A stretch of 64,000 nt of DNA from Heteronotia binoei (Eukaryota). This document shows positions 60,252-64,000 of the stretch, piece by piece; the first letter of the stretch is position 1; each line of letters opens with the position of its first letter. Both the position numbers and the translations under genes were made by a program. A model generated the notes under the pieces. The model saw only the letters and a list, made by a program, of their open reading frames with translations, made no database searches and had not been told where the DNA came from. The stretch spans positions 252,340,001 through 252,404,000 of the forward strand of contig NC_083223.1 of the NCBI RefSeq assembly GCF_032191835.1. The letters are read 5' to 3'.

Positions 60252-63200
60252 TTAAGGTACATAGTCCTGTAAGTACGCTGGAGCCCTGCGCTTCCGCGTC
60301 AAACGTCTTGGTGCCGCTTGTGGCGATGGAGCGGTCCCCGTGGTGGGGATCCCCTCCTGTGGATTCAATTCCGCTGGCGTATCGGCTGGTTCTGCTGGCT
60401 GATCCGGATTGGCTGGTCTCAGGGAAACGTATGTTGGTAGGGTCGGCCCAGGCGATTCCAACTCCGGTGTGTCTGTTGTTGGTTCCCCGCTATCTGCTTC
60501 TCCCGCCCCGTTCGGTTCCTCGGGCAAGGTGCAGCGCCGCATCTGATCGATGTGTCTCCGTAGGATCTGACCCCCCTCGGTCGCTACTTCGTATGAACGA
60601 GACCCCGTCACTCTCAGCACCCTGCCGGCCACCCACTCCAGACCGCTCGCGAAATTCTTCGCGTACACTGGGTCCCCCGGAAAGAACCCCCGTGTTGCTT
60701 CCCTGATTTTGGGTGACCCGCGGACGTCCGTGGCCCTGTCTGGGTGTAGTCTGTCTAACCGTGTTGTTAGCTTTCTACCCATTAGGAGTTCCGCGGGGCT
60801 AGACCCTGTTACTGTGTTGGGTGTGATCCTGTTGTAGAACAGAAAGGCGGCCAGTCGGTGGTCCCAGTCCCCTTGTATGATGCGACTCAGTGCTTCTTTG
60901 GTCGTCCTCACCATGCGTTCAGCCTGGCCGTTGATGGCCGGGTGAAAGGGGGCTGACCTTATGTGGTGTATGAGGTACCGGCTGATAAACTCCCTAAACT
61001 CCCTTGAGGTAAACGCGGTCCCGTTGTCGGTGACCAGGGTGTCGGGAATCCTGTGGGTGCAAAAGACCCTCCTCATGGCTTTGACTGCTGCTGCCGTGGA
61101 GGTGGATGCAACGGGGATCACCTCCAGCCATTTCGTGTAAGAGTCGACCAGGATGAAGAAGATCTGCCCCTGGTACGGCCCGGCGAAATCCAAATGGAGG
61201 CGGGACCATGGCCGGCGGTTAGACTCCCAGCGGTGGACTGGTGCACTGGGCGGATCGGGTCTAGACTCCTGGCATGTCTGACACTGGCGCACCCACCCCT
61301 CAATCTCCTCATCCATGCCTGGCCACTACACATAGCTGCGGGCCAGCGCTTTCATCCTTACTATCCCCGGGTGGGTTTCATGTAAGGCCTCTAGGACTAG
61401 TTTGCGCAACGGGGGTGGGGGGGACACCACCACTCTACTTCCCCAGAGTATGCATCCCTTATATGCGGAGAGCTCATCCCTGCGCGATGCGAAGGGCCTG
61501 AACTCGCTGTCCAGCTTACCCGTTGGCCACCCCTTACCCACCCAGTCCAGAACCCATGCAAGGATGCGGTCCCTGCTCGTGGCCCGAGCTACCTCCGCTG
61601 CGTGGAGGGGCCGCTCGGGCAGGGACTCCAGGAGCATCACCATGTGGGCCGGGGCTGGGGCTGGGTCCGTTGAGGGAAGCGGCAGGCAGCTAAGAGCGTC
61701 CACATGGCCCATGGCTTTGCCCGGGCGGTGTATCAGGGCATAGGTGTATGAATTTAAAAATTGATTCCATCTCAGAACCCGCTGCTACATGATTTGTGGG
61801 GTCTGACGGTCTGGGGCGAGGAGACCCAGGAGCGGCTTGTGGTCCGTGGTGATGGTGAAACGCCTACCGTATAGGTAATCGTTGAATTTGTGTACCCCCG
61901 CCACGATAGCCAAAGCCTCCTTATCAATCTGCGCATAGTTGCGCTCAGCCGGGGTCAGAGTTCTTGAGTAATATGCCACCGGAACCTCCCTCCCGTCCAG
62001 GAGTTGGTGCCGCAGGACTGCCCCCACCCCATATGGGGAAGCATCGCAAGCCAGGATTAGCGGCAGCGCTTCGTCGAAATGGTGGAGCACTGCGTTTGAA
62101 ACAAGGAGGTCTTTTACCACCTGAAACGCAGCGGCTTGTCTCTTTCCCCAAACCCACGGGGCCTGTTTGTCAAGCAGCCTGTGGAGTGGTTCTGCCACGG
62201 CCGCTTTGTGGGGGAAGAACGAGTGGTAGAAATTCAATAACCCCAAAAAACTTTGGAGCTCTGCCTTGCACGTGGGGGCCGGGGCTTGGACGATGGCTCT
62301 GGTCTTGTCTTCAGTCGGGTGGATCTCTGCTGCATCTACGGCGAACCCCAGGAACTCCACCCACGTACCCCCAGCAAACATTTTTCTTTTTTGACTTTAA
62401 GGCCCGCCGCTTGGAACCTGCGGAGCACTTCCCTCAGGCGGCTGCTGAACTCCTGGGCGTCCGGGGCGGCGATTAAAACATCATCAAAGAACGGCTGCAC
62501 TCCGGGGATCCCTTTAAGGAGAGAGTCCATTATGCTCTGAAAAATCCCCGAAGCCACACTAACCCCAAACTGAAGCCTTCGCACCCTGAAAGCCCCCCGG
62601 TGGGTGACGATGGTCTGCGCCTCGGCGGTCTTGCCGTCGACCGGTAATTGCTGGTATGCTTGGGCTAGATCCAGCTTACCAAAGATTTTGGACTCAGCCA
62701 AGGCCGCCAGTACGTGGCTGACCACTGGGACTGGGTAGGGGTTGTCTTGGAGTGCTTTGTTGATTGTGCACTTGTAATCTGCACAAATCCTCACGTCCCC
62801 ATTGGGCTTTACCGGTGTGACTATGGGAGTTTCCCAGGCCGCATAGGACACCGGTTCGAGAACCCCCTGGGCTGTGAGGCGGTCCAGCTCCGCCTCGATC
62901 TTTGGCTTTAGGGCGAACGGGACCCACCTCACCTTGAGCCGGATTGGTCTGACCAGTGGATCGAGCGGCAGGGTGATGGGCGGTCCCTTGTAACTCCCCA
63001 GGGACCCATCGAAAACAGCTGGGAATTCCCGGCAGACATCCTCAAAACTACCCGCCTGCACTTGCTCTACCCCCACTAGCTGGATTCCTAGTGGTTGGAA
63101 CCAGGCCAGCCCCAGTAAGGTCGTGAGCTGGCGCTTGACCACCAATATGTCCAGAGGACCCCTGAAGTCCCCCCTCTCCACGTTTACCCGGGCCCAGCCC

Positions 63201-63988
63201 ACAATGTGCACAGGGTTTTTTTGGAAGTCCCGCAGCACGAAGTCGGCCGGCCTCGTTTGGAGGCGTCGGCGGGGGCACGGTTTCTTAAGAGTCTCCTCCG
63301 AAATAATGGAAATGGAGGAGCCCGAGTCCACTTCCATGAGGCATGGATTGCCCTCGATGAGGACCTTCAATTTAACCTTGTCAGGGGTGGAGAGGGGCAA
63401 GTTTAATACCTGCAGGCTGGTTGATGCTGTCATGTGTGCCTCTGCTGAGTCGTGATGCGCTGACGGTTGCCGGTAGCTGTTCTTGGCCCGGCACGCTCGA
63501 GCAATGTGGCCTGTCTTTCCGCAGCTGCGGCAGTCCATGTTGCGGTACGGACAGTCCCTTCTCTCATGGGGGTCGCCGCAGCTGGCGCACTTGGTGGTGG
63601 AGGGTCTCTCCGTTGCACGTTGCCTCGTGGGGGCTCTTGGGTTTGCTCTTTGGGGCTGCCGGAGTTGGAAAGCCTCTTCCTCCTCCCGGTAGCCCGGCGC
63701 CATTTCTTCTTGGTGGACTGCCTCACCACGTGGGTGGCTGTATGCTCGGGTAGCCCTCTCGAAGGCCGTTGCCTCGTTGAAGGCTTCTTGGAGGGTGAGC
63801 TCTTCCTTGGCGAAAAGCTTCTGCTGCAGCCTTTCGTCTCGGAGGCCCCAGACGAATCGATCCCTCAGGGCCTCCTCACGTTTGTCGAACTCGCAGTTCC
63901 CCGCGATTTGGTGGAGAGCGGCCAGGTAGACCGCCGCCGTTTCCCAAGTCTTCTGATCCCTCTTGTGGAAGAGGAATCTGCGGGCCAC
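60252..63988 (-). mobile_element. Gypsy/Ty3 gag-pol, nearly intact; continues beyond the window
   Basis: Gag with two CCHC-like knuckles, protease VDSGS, RT FFDDVLI, RNase H DASPYGVGAVL, integrase RLHLDFAGP/TDNG/QAERMV; one frameshift (~62336-62381) and two in-frame TAG (61785, 61326). Confidence 0.95.
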
Positions 63989-64000
63989 GATGGACGGTTG

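Overview
Vertebrate genomic DNA, inferred to be squamate and probably gecko from its Sauria-type SINEs, CR1, RTE and hAT MITE repertoire. There is one assembly gap (7006-7158). Four host genes are recognisable, all on +: an RBM4/RBM14-family two-RRM gene with a single coding exon (10210-11166), ARL2 (5 exons, 184 aa, intron 1 with U12-type signals), SNX15 (8 exons, ~364 aa) and SAC3D1 (2 exons, 337 aa). ARL2-SNX15-SAC3D1 is the same order as human 11q13. A chain of phase-compatible small exons suggests a fifth, unidentified gene on the minus strand (1029-6742). Mobile DNA includes two young RTE LINE copies with TSDs, many SINEs, CR1 fragments and hAT MITEs, a near-intact Gypsy element running off the right edge, and a related solo LTR just upstream of SAC3D1. 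The most unusual element is an old class-I-like ERV (46840-~52372, minus strand, tRNA-Arg PBS). Most of its gag-pol is replaced by a decayed reading frame of roughly 750 codons: an unidentified N-terminal region followed by a LINE-1 ORF1p-like module abutting an integrase remnant. All coordinates and translations were read by eye; repeat boundaries are approximate unless a TSD is quoted.
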